Shown in pieces: positions 1 through 12,855 of a stretch of DNA of 64,000 bases. The DNA comes from Prorocentrum cordatum. Taxonomy: Eukaryota. The position numbers were made by a program, and so were the translations under genes. Position 1 is the first letter of the stretch, and each line of letters starts with the position of its first letter. The stretch spans positions 186,001-250,000 of the forward strand of contig CAUYUJ010000203.1 of the NCBI GenBank assembly GCA_963575745.1. Direction: 5' to 3'. The notes under the pieces are model-generated. The model was not told the DNA's origin, searched no databases, and worked only from the letters and a program-made list of their open reading frames with translations.

Positions 1-121
1 CGGCCCCCGTGGCCCGGTTCGCCCGTGGGGGTTCTGGAGGGCGTGGCCTCGGCGGAGCGCAGTGCCTCGGGCGCCAACGGGAGGTGCCGTCGTGCAGTTG
101 CGCACCGTTTCCACCGTGTTC

Positions 122-318
122 CTCGGGTCGGGCGAAAGGGGGGGGTTGGGAAAGGGGGGGGTACGAAATCTGCTGCAGGCAGCTGGTTTCGGCCTCACCG
201 AGGGGCCCGTTCCTCGATGCATGGCCGCCTCCGGCGCCGGGAGGCGCCGGGAAAATCAGCTACGTGAGCTGATTCTCAAGCCCCCCCTTTGCTATCCCCC
301 CTTTTCGCCCGACCCGAG
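122..318. mobile_element. Small MITE-like element with terminal inverted repeats
   Basis: CTCGGGTCGGGCGAAA (122-137) is the exact reverse complement of TTTCGCCCGACCCGAG (303-318). Similarity continues inward through G/C runs. No clear TSD. Confidence 0.55.
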
Positions 319-639
319 CCTGGCGAGGGGACAGGAAACAGGTGGAGGATGGTCTCAGAAGGGTTCGGGAGCAGGAAGGAGGAGGGGGGTGGAGAGTGAG
401 AGGCAGAAAGGGCGAGGGACAAGACCATCTCGAAGTCAGCAGCAGTGGAGACGGAGTCGAGGAGGACGACAAGATGGGCAAGGCGATTGCCACGGAATAA
501 CAGGCAAGTGGGACCCGCAGGATTTTCAGTTCAGTCCCAGGGGGGCGTTTGATGATTGTTGCCGCCGTTATGGAGTTGTATTTGCATTGATGGAGGGAGT
601 CGGACTTGCCTTTGAGGAAGGGGGATTGGGAGGGACGTA

Positions 640-2250
640 TTGTGGTGCGTCATGGTGGTGAAGCTTGCCTTCGACGAGATCCCAGACCTCTACTCTAACA
701 TTAGACTGCACGGAGGAGTCTGTGCCGCGTTGCCTTGCTCATCCCTCTCGCCTCCGTCTTCCTGTTATGTTTCATCTCCACTTCTTCCTCGCTTCTCCCT
801 TTTATATGGCTTCGCCTACGATGGGACATTGCACGTTTCGATCAGACCCCCTCGGATCGCGTTTGCCCCAATCGAATGTACGTGACCGATTATGTTTATA
901 GTCCGAGAGATGTGTTGCCTCACGTTTTCCCGCGGTTGTTAAGTCAGTGTGTTCCGAGCCTTGGATAGCAAATCTGTCATAATCCAATGTGCATCCCATG
1001 GGTGGTACCAAGTCGTTTGGACCAGGCAGGTATTGTGGTGTCTCGCCTTTTTGATGTCTGCATCACGATCCTCCAGCAAGAAGGCCGAGATCGTGATCCA
1101 CGACGGCCCATGAGCTTCATCCAACGGGTGCATCTCTGCAGCAGCATTCCCTTGCGTGCCAGGATACAGAAGAGCGGCGAGCTCCCCTCGTCGCATATAT
1201 CTGCAACGTTGGCATCACCTGGAGCCTTTTTTGGGGTCCTGCTTGGGGCCTGCGACGCTCCCAAGAGGCCCCTGATATACTATAGGAGCCAAGATTGCGC
1301 CACGAGCCCCCCGACACCGCCCTAGATGTCGGAAAGATGGCACGAGAGGATCCACGATGCGTAGGCGTGGGATCTACAGCGACCAGTAGAAAGCCCCCAT
1401 ACAGCCGAACTCATTGCAAGCACGGTGCTTCTCAACGAATTTTATTGTTTCGTGCGTTTCGGCCCAAGGTTTCCCCAGGAGTGTTCAAGAGGCCTCTTGA
1501 AGGCCTTAGCGTTGTCTTTGATGTTGTATCTGGATGGTCATGGGGCATGCATGTGCCGTATTGGACCTTACAGGAATTATGTTGGCCTTTTGCGAGGGCC
1601 GTGTTGGGGCCTCATGGGATGGTCCGGGCGTGCCGATACGCGCGAGTGGACCTAGGGTCTTGCAACACACTCCCAGTGACAGCAGCGCAGCACAGAGGCT
1701 TCCCTCGTCGAGATCTTCCTCTCCTCATCTTCCTCCGCGCGGAAGGTGATTATCAATCCGTTCGGTCTCTCGGGGCACGGCAATGGATCTCTTCCCCGCT
1801 TCTGCGCCTCGGACTTCGGGGTACCCCCATAGCAGAAGTGATGCGGCTGTTCTCGAGCGCCCAGCATTCGAAATGTGTTTCCCGTCCACTGCCCGCCCAT
1901 TCCAATGTTCTCGTCGGAAGAGGCGAGGACGGCCCCAAGTCGGGACGGATATGTCTTGGACATAAGGCAAGACTTTCCTGAAGGTGTGTGCGTATGTGAA
2001 TGTGCCAGCGGCCCCTGCACGGTGTGTCCGCCGTCGTTCCATATGCAATTCCGAGTGGCAACTGTTTCGGTGATTCGTGTCTTTGCTGCCGTTCGCGACG
2101 GTGACGGCGCCTCGCCAGAGGAGTACTAAGCGTTGTATGGTTGTTTATTATCCTTTGTTTCTGCATGCTATCGCCGAGTGGGCTCAGGTGTGTGGCTCAT
2201 CGATGCCTGCCATCGCTACGAACGGAAAAGTGGCATCAACTCTGGCTGTC
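640..2250 (+). pseudogene. Possible highly decayed non-LTR retrotransposon RT remnant
   Basis: Non-repetitive stretch with fragments in RT-like order: LYSNIRLHGGV..PCSSLSP (cf. GVxQGCPLSP), GFAYDG (cf. AYADD), FFGVLLG (cf. KYLGV). No intact motif. Confidence 0.25.
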
Positions 2251-3271
2251 TGGTCTCTTGCCCCCCCATCCACAGCAGAATACCAGAAGTAGCAAAGACG
2301 CCCGAAAGGCACCAACAAGGGCCGAGGAGGTCCCGAAAAAAGCCCCCAAACGGGCCAACATGGGCCCTCGGCGGCCAATGTTGGCTTCCGGACGGCCCAC
2401 GCGCGATGTTCTCCGCACAGGACCCGAACCCCGTCCCAAGCATTATTGAAATTGGATTGACATCAGCGTACAAGAAACCCCGAACATCGGCTATGTGAAA
2501 CGCCCGCGAGACCCCTGGGGATGTTACAATCCCAAGATATCAAAGAGATGTGCCATGCTCTTGACGCCTCCCGACTGTACGCGAAGCTGTGCCGAAGATG
2601 CGATCTGGGAAACCCGAGAAGCAGATGTTGGACACCACGGGTGAATTCGGACGGGGCCAACGGTTAGCATGCACGCGCTTCGAGCCCGCATCTAGAACGG
2701 CGTGAGGTGCGGGCTCGATTGTGAAAGCCTCACGGCCCGGGCTTTCGACCCTGCAGACGACGACGACGACGACGAGGACGACGAGGCGGTGGATTGAGGA
2801 GGGGAGGAGGAGCAGGCGGAGGAGGAGGCGGAGGACGCTGTGGAGCAGCAGGATGTTGCTGGATGCAGCGGCCTAGACCACCCGAAATGCGAGCCACGAA
2901 GGGCGGCGGCGACTGGAGCAGCAGGCGGAAGAGGGGGGGAGGATGCGGAGGCGGAGGAAGAAGGGAGAGCAGCGGCAGGGGGAGGACGGGGAGGGAGAGT
3001 CGTGGCATGCGGGCTTGATTTGGGCGCCGCCCGGAAGACGCCCTGGGGCCCGCAGCGAGAGCACGGGCCGCAGCGGGCGGCGGAGGGGGGGAGGCCCCTG
3101 GCGGAAGAGCACGGGCGCTGGGGGGGTGGGGCTCAGAGTTCTGGAGTGGGCTCTCACAGTCACCTCTTCGTGGGCCGTTGAAAGTAGGTACTTTCGGAGC
3201 CTCCCGAGTTTCCAGGCCTCCTCCGCCAGCGCACGCCCTCTCCAGCTCGCACGCGGCCGCTCAGGATGCAG

Positions 3272-3326
3272 GGCTGGCCTGAAGAAGTACATGTCCCTTG
3301 GCAACATGGTGGACTGGCTCAACATC
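3272..3326 (+). CDS. Polycystin-2/TRPP-like cation channel, exon (S2-S3 linker / start of S3)
   Basis: Translates AGLKKYMSLGNMVDWLNI, matching the NxxDW start of S3 in polycystin channels. AG acceptor at 3270-71 (alternative at 3263-64), GT donor at 3327. Confidence 0.7.
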
Positions 3327-3444
3327 GTTCCGGGGCTGGCCTGTCTCCCCCCCCTCTGTTCTGTTCCTCTTCCTCGTCCGCCTTTTTGCCCCAAAGCCCC
3401 CGCTCCCCCCCTCCCCCTCCCCGAAAGGGTCTAGAATTTAAGGC

Positions 3445-4420
3445 AATGAAATGTATTGTAATGTAATGGAATGGAATGGAATGGAATGTAGAGGAACGGA
3501 ATGCAAGGCATTGCAGTGCAATGCAGTATGACGCAATGTAATGGAATCGAGTGTAATGTGATGCCATGTGCTGTAATGTATTATTGTATGTATGCGTGTG
3601 TGCACGTATGCATACATGCATGCATGCATGCATGCATGCATATATGTATGTACCCATGTATGAATGAATGGGTGAATGTGTGCATGTGTGTATGGGTGTA
3701 TGCATGTATGTATGTAAGACTGTGTTACAGTGTATGTATGTGTATATGTATGTATGTATGTTTGTACGGACGGATATGTGTATGAATGTATGCACGTACG
3801 TATGTGTGTATGCATGCATGTATCTACGTGAGTCTGCATGCATGTATGTATATGTATATTTGTGGATGTGTGTACGTGTGTGTATGTATGTATGTATACA
3901 TGTATGTATACATGTATGTATGTATGCATGTATGTATGTATGTACGTATGTTTGTATGTAATGTATGTATGTATGTATGTATGCATGCATGCATGTATGT
4001 ATGTATGTATTTATGTCTGTATGTATGTATGTATGTATGTATGTATGTATGTGTATGTATGTATGTATGTATGTATGTATGTATGTATGTATGTTTGTAT
4101 GTGTGTATATGTATGTATGTATGTATGTATGTATGCATGTACGTATGTATGTATGTATACATGTATGTACGCACGTGCTTACGTATGTATGTATGTATGT
4201 ATGTATGTATGTATGCATGCATGCATGCATGCATGCATGTATGTACGTATGTATGTATGTATGTATGTAGGTATTTATGTATGTATGTATGTATGCATGT
4301 ATGCATGTCTTTATATATTCATGTATGCATGTGTATGTGTGTATGTACACACGTATGTATACGTATATGTCTACATATATGTGCATATATGTGTATATAA
4401 ACTTATATACACATATAACG
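3445..4420. repeat. (ATGGA/ATGTA)n followed by degenerate (TATG)n microsatellite
   Basis: Directly visible; gives rise to the HTYI/MYVC pseudo-ORFs. Confidence 0.95.
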
Positions 4421-4489
4421 GCGCACTGGGCTCGGGGGCCGAGGGCCAGAACCTCGACCACAAATGTGGGGACCGGGGCCCGGGCCCGT

Positions 4490-5150
4490 CTCTGGGAGGC
4501 TTAAAATCGCCCCGAGGAGCCTTCAGACAGCAATCGCAGCGGCCCCAGGCAGTCTCGAGACACCCCCAAGACGCCGTCCAGGGGTCTGGCGACGCACGAT
4601 GCGTTTTGAACTGCCCCCGAGGCCCTAAGACGCGCCAAGAGGCCTTTAAGATGCCGCCCAAGAGCGCCCCGAGAGGGCAAAATCGTTGATTGTCATTGGT
4701 TTTAAAGACAAACATGTTTTTTGCAGTCTCGCTGTTTCGTGTTTCCGGCGCTAAAGCACCGCCCAAGAGGGTCCCCAAACCGCTCCAAGACGGCCCAAGA
4801 GGCCCCCAAGAGGACCCCAAGACGGCCCAAGAGAGCGCCGAGACGGCCCCAGAGCCGTTCAAGACGGTGCAAGAGGGTCCCAAGAAGGCCCCAAGAGGGG
4901 CCCAAGAGAGGGAATGCGAACTGGTAAATCAAGCTCTCCGCCCCAAGAGGCCCCAAGATGCCCCCAGGAAGCCCCCAAGAGGCCCCAAGAGGCCCAAAGA
5001 CGGCACCAAAAAGGCTTTAAAGCGCTGTCTAAGAAGCCCCCGAAGACATGCCAAGAAGGTCCCATGACGACCTCAAGAAGCAGTCCAGGATGCTCCGAGG
5101 AGGCCCCAAGAAGTTAGCAAGAACTTGAGCGCGCGCGAAGCGCGCGCGAT
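4490..5150 (+). repeat. Dispersed GGCCCAAGA-rich repeat family; opposite-orientation copies at ~5330-5660, 6100-6290, 13660-13990, 47580-48130, 57260-57500, 61770-62200
   Basis: Recurrent CCCCAAGA(G/C)G / TCTTGGGGCC units across the window. Confidence 0.8.
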
Positions 5151-5153
5151 GGT

Positions 5154-5217
<64 letters not shown>

Positions 5218-5664
5218 CATGTGTATGTATGTATGTGTATGTATGTATATATATATATATATGTATCAGACGGGCCTGTGGTCAATCCCGCCACCGCGCC
5301 TGGGTTGAAGGGCAGAGGCATCTTGGATGCCTGTGGGGATCTCTGGCGAGGCCTCTAGGAAGCATGATTGAAGCGGCTGAGGGGTGTCTTGGGGGGCTCT
5401 CTGGGGCCTCTCGGGGACCCCTTGGGGTATGATTTGAGCCTCTTGGGGCCTCCTCGAGCTTCTGGCGGGGGCTGCGCTGGGGGTCTCGGGGGTTCGGGGG
5501 CGGAGCGTTCGAAATGTCAGTTCGTGTTTCCCCTCGGGCCCCTCTTGGGCCCCTCTTGGGCCGTCTTGGGGCCATCATGGGGGCCTTTTGGGCCGTCTTG
5601 GGGCGGTCTTGGGGGCCCCTTGGGCCATCTTGCAGCGTCGGGGGCCCGAAAAGGCCAGGGCTAG

Positions 5665-5917
5665 AACTGAATGTAGCGGCCATCGCTTCGATCGTCGTCG
5701 TACCGATGCTGCTCGAAACTGGCAGCGCCCCGTCGGCGTAGGCTCGGGCGAAGATCGCGGGGTACATCTCCTTGTACTGCGATGGGGGCGGCGGCAGCAC
5801 CTCGATGATCTCGATGGGGTTCTTCAATTTCCGCACCCGTGCTTTCCAGGCACTCTTGAGTGCGTCAAACGTCTGGATCTTCTTCGCCTGGCTGATGTGC
5901 GCTTTCATGTCCTCTGT
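5665..5917 (-). pseudogene. Isolated coding-like fragment of an unknown protein
   Basis: After ...CACTGCAG it reads TEDMKAHISQAKKIQTFDALKSAWKARVRKLKNPIEIIEVLPPPPSQYKEMYPAIFARAYADGALPV with GC3-rich codons, amid repeats. Confidence 0.4.
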
Positions 5918-6459
5918 CTGCAGTGAGCCTGAGCTCGAGTGAGTCTGAGTATGAGCGGGTCTGAGTGCGAAGTGAGTCTGAGTATGACGAGGGACTGCGA
6001 GTGTGGGCGTGAGGAAGAGGAGAAGGACGATGGTTGGGGAGAAGAGAGGAGGAGTCGACGCGGCCTGAGTACTAACAAGCAACACGCATCTTAGGATGTT
6101 GGGAAGTCATTGGGTTTGGCCTCTCTGGAGGCCCCTTGGAGGCCTCTTGGGGCGACTCGGAGCCCTCCTGGGCCTTCTGGAGGCAATCTTGGGCGTCTTG
6201 GAGCGATCGTTCGGCGACTCGGGGCCTCTTGGACCGTCTTGGAGACCTCCTGTGGCCATCTTGTGCCGTCCTGAGGCCCTCCCGGGCCCGAAAAAGTTTG
6301 CTGGGAGCCGGGGTAAGCCCCGGGAGATTTTGTGAATTCGGGGTCTGGGCCCTTTCTATGAGAATCCTCAGGATCGTGGATTGAAGCTCGGAGGATGAGG
6401 CGTTGAACCTGTGGACACGCCCACTTTGTGCCCAGCGGCACAGTGGCGGACACACACAC

Positions 6460-6491
<32 letters not shown>

Positions 6492-9259
6492 GTATATATA
6501 TACACGTATAGAGAGAGGGATGTATTTGTGCGTATGTATATGTATGTGTATGTATGTATGTTTACCTGTTGGTGAGCGTGTTGTATGATATGTAAGCACA
6601 TATAACGCGTTCAAGTGTATGGTGCGTTGGGTTGACGACGCCACTTCGTGTTGATCGCATGTTCTTTCAGCAAGCCGCGACGCTCATGCCAGCCTGTGAC
6701 AGATGAGTTGGTGAAACCATTGTGCGCATCGTTCGAATAAGTTGGCGAATTGGATTTGGACGTGTAGCGGGGGATTGTAATTGACAGGTGTTTCTGTGAG
6801 ATCCCGAACTCGTTCGAGGGTGAGGTTACAGTGGAGCACATTTGTTTGTCACCATGTTAAACGCTCCCTTCTCACTCGGGCACACAATTATACAGTTCGC
6901 GAGCCAGGTGTACTCTTGCTTCATCTGCGCCGCCTGGTTCGTCCACCTCGCCAGAATCCAGGCGCTAATCCGTAGGTGTTGGTAGTTGCTTAACGATCTT
7001 GTATCGCAGTGCATGCGGCATGGGGATTGTTGTGGAGTCGTGTGGATAATGTTGGTCCATGCCACGCGTAGTGAGAGGCGAGCCGCGTGTTCCAATACTA
7101 TTGAGTTGATCTGCTTTTCCCCTGTCGTTCTTTGATGTTTTGCTACTGCTGCTGATCGTGAGCGCCTTTGTCCAGAGTGCTTGCACGATGTATTGAGTTC
7201 TCCATGCTCCGTGGTCTGCGCACCCTGCTCCTAGTACCGTCGCCCGCAGGCGCTCCAAGGCACGGCGCGGTGCGAAGGGGAGGCGAGGTTGCCCCCGGCG
7301 GGGGGGGGGGGTAGCCCCCCCTTCCGTGTTTTCGGGCGGGGTGAGATTTTTTGCAACCGAAGCATTGGGAGGAAACTTGCACTGGCCGCCAGGAAACAGG
7401 GGTCGATCCAACCGGTGTCTGGGCGATGTCGTGGGCCGCGTTCGTGTCGGTTTCGCTTTGCAGCAGCAGCGAATCGACAGAACGAGAAAAGAAAACAACA
7501 CGAGGGCAAAGACACGACGCGAGAAAAAACTAGCACAGCACGACCGCGACAAGACACCGTGTTGGTCGAGCCCTGCCTGTGGGCAGGGCAGAAGAGTTCC
7601 GGCAGTCGCAGCGCGGGCAGGAGAGGCCTGCCCCGGCCGCCAGAAAAGCCTCCCGCGAGGCCCGCGCGGTCCGCACGTGTGTGGGCCGCCGGTGTGGGCC
7701 GCTCCCCGCACCGCCACACCGCGGAGGCCCATGCCAAGGAACACTCTTCCTCCTCCTCCTCCTCCTCCTCCTCCTCCTCCTCCTTTTCCCACCTCTCCAC
7801 CTCCTCCTCCTCCTCCTCCTCCTCCTCCTCCTCCTTTCCCACCTCTCCACCTCCTCCTCCTCCTTCTCCTCCTCCTCCTCCACCCTCCTCTCTCTCCTCC
7901 TCCGCCGCCTCCTCCGCGGCGTCTAGTGTGGCTAGGAGACCCGCGCTCGGGGGACTCCCGTTCCCTTCCCCCGCCTCCTGCCCGCTCAAAACAAGCGGCA
8001 TGCGCGCCCTGCCTCCCGGCACACAGTAGGGGCCGGAGGAAGAGGAGTCGGGGGCCCCCAAACCGGGTGGTGAGCACGCGGTGTGGGGAGTCAGTGGGGA
8101 TTCGGGGTCACCGCACGGTTTTGGGACTCGGGTCGTTCTCCGAGGACGTCTCGGGCGGCCGTGGGCCTTCTGAGGTCCCAGAACCGTGCGTTGACGGACC
8201 GTGCGGTGAGGTCTTGCGGGATTTCGAGGCACCGCACGGTCTGTCACCGCACCGTTTCTGGACTCCAAGACCCTGCTTGCTTCCAGGGCGCCCTGGGTCT
8301 CTTGTCAGGCGATCGCATCCATAGATCAAGGGGGCGTGGATTAGCGACGGGTCCCGTTCCCATGGGGAATCGCGGATTCCCGCCGCCGAGCGGGGCGGCA
8401 CCAGCCGCATTTTGGGGAGGGCACGTCCCCCGATTCATGGATTTGGCGACCGCGCGCCAAATCCGTGGATCGCTAATCCATGTTTGCGCGCCCCCGATCC
8501 AGGGGGCCCTGGGGCTCTTGGGGTGTCGCTGGCTCTGCCATGGATAGGCGTGGCGTTCCCACACCAGAAGGCCATGGACGTCCTGGGATTTCTCAGGGTT
8601 GGGTTCCCTGTGGGAGGCTTCGCTTGTGGACGGGCCTCTCCCCGAGGCGGAGCTTCCCACTTCCCACCGCGCCGGCCGCCAGGAGGAGCTGCCCGATGCC
8701 AACGGTGGCCTCCGTCGTTGTTGTTCGGAGGCCTGGATCGACGGCGAGCGACGGGGGAAAGCGAGAAGGAGACGGCCTTCTCAGAAGGCGGCGGGACTTC
8801 TCAGAAGCCCTCGCGCCTTCTGAGAGGTGTGCTGTTCTGTCTTGGGGGAAGGCTTAGACAACTCCTCAGAGGGCCAGGGGGACTTCCGAGCCTTCTGAGA
8901 AAGCCTTCTCATTCTCACTTCCTCCCCTCGCTCGCCGCCGACTAGAGGTTGACACCAACACCTACCTCGGCGGTGTGCCTCCACCGAGGGAAGATGATCC
9001 TGATCTCGGTGATGGTGGTCATATTCGGGCGTCCTGGGTGGCCGAAAGAGTACCACCGACACCGAAATCCAGGATCATATTTCCCCTGTGGAGGCGCAAC
9101 TTACCGTTGTGTTGGTGCCCCTTTTCCAAGCTTTCGGCACTTGGCCGCGAGGAAGGGCTTCCCGAGGCCTCTGTTGATCCCGCTGCCATCGGCTGCAGCT
9201 ACAACTTTCGCCAAGGGCGGCTTACCGATGCAGAACAGGGGTTCCCTTGGTAGGGGGCA

Positions 9260-9560
9260 AATGCGTGGGGTCCGCATTTGTCGCCAGGAGAGGCCTCCCG
9301 AGGCCAGTGCGGACCTCCCGTAATGGGAGGTCCGCGTTGGTTTCCGATGGCCTCTCCCTGGCAGTCGATCGGACCTCCCGTGACTGGCTGCAATTACGGA
9401 AGGTCCGCATTGGTTTCGGGGACATCTCTTTGGCGGCCAATGCGGATCTCCTGTAATTGCAGCCGCACTGGCCTCGGGGGGTTCATCCTGGGCGGCCAAC
9501 GCGGACGTCCCATCATCGAGCATGCATTTGCGGGAGGTCCGCATTGGTTGCTTGCTGCAT
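9260..9560. repeat. Degenerate tandem repeat with alternating GGAGGTCCGCATTGG / GCGGACCTCCC inverted units
   Basis: About 5 GGTCCGC(A/G)TT copies interleaved with reverse-complement copies. Confidence 0.6.
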
Positions 9561-10081
9561 CGCAGGAGCCGCCATTGCCATGTGGGGTTGGACCTTCAAG
9601 CACAAAGATCAAGGCCGCGTGGTTTGGGCGGCATCGAGACAGCATGTCAACAAACACATTCCAAACATCCTTCAAAACAGGAGTTCAAACAAACACAGGA
9701 AATGCATATGAATGCGCCCACGAGCTTGCCAGTGAGGTAGAGAGCGGGGCCAGTGTTGTAAACGACCGCGGGGGGCAGGTGTTCGAGCAGTTGGGACCGC
9801 GCATGTCCGCGGCATGGGTTGGAGGCGCCCCCCGAAAAGCCCGTGGCCTCCGACGCATCGGTGGGCGTTTCTTATGCACTGTTTTGCCGATCGGCGCGGG
9901 CCCCCCAACAGCCCCCCCCCCCCATGGAGTAGATCTTGGGTGTTTTTTTTGGTGCCTGTTTCGAGCGGGTGGAGTCTCCCCCAGACGCAGCACTCTCGCA
10001 AACAGCCGCACTGAGCAGAGCTCCGGAGCCAGACCCCCCCCCTCCACCCTTTTCCGCCCACTGTCGAAACGCCGAACGTCA

Positions 10082-10243
10082 CCACCTACCAAACCACCCC
10101 AACCCAACCCGAATGCTTCAATTTGCCCTCCATTTCCAGTGGGGGGGGGGTCGGGGAACATCGAAACAACACGTATGGAACCCATACCCCCCCCAACCCG
10201 AAATTCGGGTCTTCGGGTTGGGTTGGGGTGGTCTGGTAGGTAG
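10082..10243. mobile_element. ~160-bp MITE with 30-bp TIRs
   Basis: ACCTACCAAACCACCCCAACCCAACCCGAA (10084-10113) matches the reverse complement of 10212-10241 at 29/30. Candidate TCA TSD at 10079-81 and 10244-46. Confidence 0.7.
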
Positions 10244-12792
10244 TCAGAACGAAAAAACGCTCACATGCCCGGGGGGCGGGACCCAGCGGGGTTAGCAGCG
10301 CGGTTTGGGGGGCGTGGGGGGTCGGAGAGAATTGCGCGGAGGTGGTGGACGCGCGGGCGAGGACGGGCCCCGCGCCCGGCGTGCTGCGCGGCGTGCGGGG
10401 CCCTCCTGGGCCTCGCCGGCCTGCGATGTGTCTTCTCTTGTGCAGCGCGGCGTGCAGCGCCCATCAGGGCACTTCGCTTCTTTGGATTGGGTAACGGCCC
10501 AGCCACGCCATTTCAACTGGGCCAAAGCAGCGCCAGACATCGAGGACATGTGGCCCAAGTCGGACCACTGGCTCGTCGGCGCCTCTGGAGGTGCCGGCGC
10601 AGGCACCAACATCCCCCAAAAGGACCCCCCAAGGCGTTGACACAGTAGTATGCGGAAAAGGGACCCGAACTAGCGCCCGCAACTGTGCGCCGACAAGGGG
10701 CACAACCCAAACGGTCCTCGCCGCGCAAAAATGCCGCTAAAAAACCTCGTGTCATGGTTTCCCTTGTGCGGGTACGCGCGCGGCAAAGGTCGAGGGATCT
10801 TTTCTTATCGCTGTTTGGTGAGGTGTGAATGCATTTTGTTTTCATGCTTGGCCGCTCGATTTTTTCGGCGCAGTTGCGCGGCCATTTTGTGGACACAGTG
10901 TTGTCGCAACATGCGTGGTGCACTTTGCGGCGCAGTTTTGTGACAGATTGGGTGGCAGATGTTTTGCCGCGAATTGTCGTGACATGTTCTGCGGCGCGCG
11001 GTCTGTTTTGTTGGTGGCAAGTTCTTGTGGTTCTGCGGCGCTTCCCTTGCGTGGCAATTCGCCCGTTCCCCGAGCATCCGACTTTCTTGAGAACGGGCAA
11101 TTTGTGACGGCCCCCCTCCCCGACCGCGCTCCCAGGCCGGCCATGCCGGGCGACGATTATCATCGCGACGCATTTGCATGCGAGAATTTGACCCAGCCCG
11201 CTGGTTGAGGCCACTGCGCGCAATGCTGTGTACTGCTGTGCCCGTGTTGGCTGTACTGTGTGCCGTTGCGGCGTGTTGGGCGATGATGCCGTAGGTTGTT
11301 TTTGTATTGCAGTTGCACTATTGGGCTACGCCGCGCGCAGCCCTGGGACGCCGTACTGCGGGTCCTGGCCGCCAAGCCTTGCATCCCAGCGCTCGCAGCA
11401 GCGGGCCTCTCTCTCGCGGCATGGAGGGAGCATGTGGTGGATGTGTTCCACGCCGCGCTTGCCTTCTCCGAGGTGTACGTCTTGGTTTGGGCGCTCTCGC
11501 TGAGGTGATCGGAACACGTCTAGGGATGGGCCTCAGCGACCGGACCGATGAGCTACGCCTGCGCCTTGCCGTCCCCCGTGCACGCATTCGCTCCGCGCCC
11601 GTCTGCCCTGCCCCGAGCCCTCAGAGCAGATCTGTACGCACTCGCGGGCGGCCTGCTGCGCTCGAGCCGCCACCTCCCGAACGGGACGAGGGCGGCCAGG
11701 GCGGCGGTGGGTGCAGTTCTCCTTGGAAGTACGGTCGGACCGAGGTGCAGGATCGAGGTCGAATCGGAGAGGGTACCCTACGTAGTGTTCTTCGCGTCTG
11801 TTGGGTGTTCTTGTGCATCCTGGGATGCTTGTCGGTGGTTCCTGTCGGTCGTTTGCTGGATGCTCTTGGACGCTCTGTTTGTTTTGGCCGACGGCGGGTC
11901 TCACGCTTCCTGAGGGATGCCCTTCTGGCCTAGGTCCGACTGCAATGCAGAGTCATCCTGTCACCCTAGGTCGCCTTCGTTCGCTCTGAATGGGCCACTC
12001 GTGTCTCTGGTCTGGAGCGTCCGGCGGAGGCACCCCGACCCCGCGGGCCCACGTCCGCCTTGCGCCGCGCCGTGCCCGAGCGGAGGCGGCGGCGGCACGG
12101 CCACGCGGCCCGAGGTGGTCCAGAATCGGACGCCGTGGCCTCCAGCTGGTGTCTGCGGGTCCTCGGGGGCGGCCAAGGGGGGGGTGACGATTGGGGGGGC
12201 GGTGGACATCATGGCGGGGGCCATGATGTCTCCTCAGACCTCACGGCGCCTCTTCTTCTTCCACTGCGCTTTTGGCCCCCCCCCCCCCGGGCCGCGCACA
12301 TACTACCTTCCATGATCTGCGCCTCCCCCTCTTGTCCAGGCTCTAGCCTTGAGGGCCCAGTTCAGGACCGCCTTCCCCGATGGGACTGGTCGACCCCAGA
12401 GGTTCCCCAGAAGTGCCCGCGCCCGGGAGGTGAACAATAAGACCCAGGGCAAGAAGCGTTCAGGCAGTTCGATCCTCGACCCCCCAGAAACAGATGGGTG
12501 TCTGCTTCCCTGTCCCTTGCTTCCCTGTCCCTGCTCGCCGTCGATGGGGCTTGATTCGGACAACTCCGAACAGTACGGGTGTCGTCGGATGCAGGCAGGC
12601 ATGCAAGTGCCGCCATCAGCTTCGGCGGGGCGAGTGGCTGGCCAAGGATGGGGGCGATGGGGCGCGCGGGGTGCAGAGGAGGTTCGAGGAGGAGGAGGAG
12701 TTTTTCTCTGGGACGCAGCCTGGGTTTTGAGCGGATTGGTTGGGAGGGGGGGTGAGAGCTATCCTTTTGTTCCTCTTGCGGCTTCTGCCCAG

Positions 12793-12855
12793 CGCGTGAA
12801 CGACATCTTGGAGGTTGCCGACGTGACGGTTCCGGGCAGCTGGCAGACCGATGAG
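12793..12855 (+). CDS. Polycystin-like channel, probable exon (S3-S4 loop)
   Basis: CCCAG acceptor, then RVNDILEVADVTVPGSWQTDE with coding-type codon use. Donor is GA at 12856 or GT at 12871. Lies between the S3 and S4 exons. Confidence 0.55.

Noticed and set aside
159..178. GYEICCR as an upstream channel exon joining 3272
   Set aside because: Lies inside the 122-318 inverted-repeat element and lacks a convincing acceptor.
3319..4689. Long ORFs (HTYI/MYVC-rich; also poly-E/P/S/V/K/F ORFs elsewhere)
   Set aside because: Translations of stop-free microsatellites, open in several frames; not genes.
11341..11471. Candidate exon ..AAAGLSLAAWREHVVDVFHAALAFSE
   Set aside because: Has AG/GT flanks and a plausible position for S3, but hydrophobicity and junctions do not clearly fit; unsupported without cDNA.
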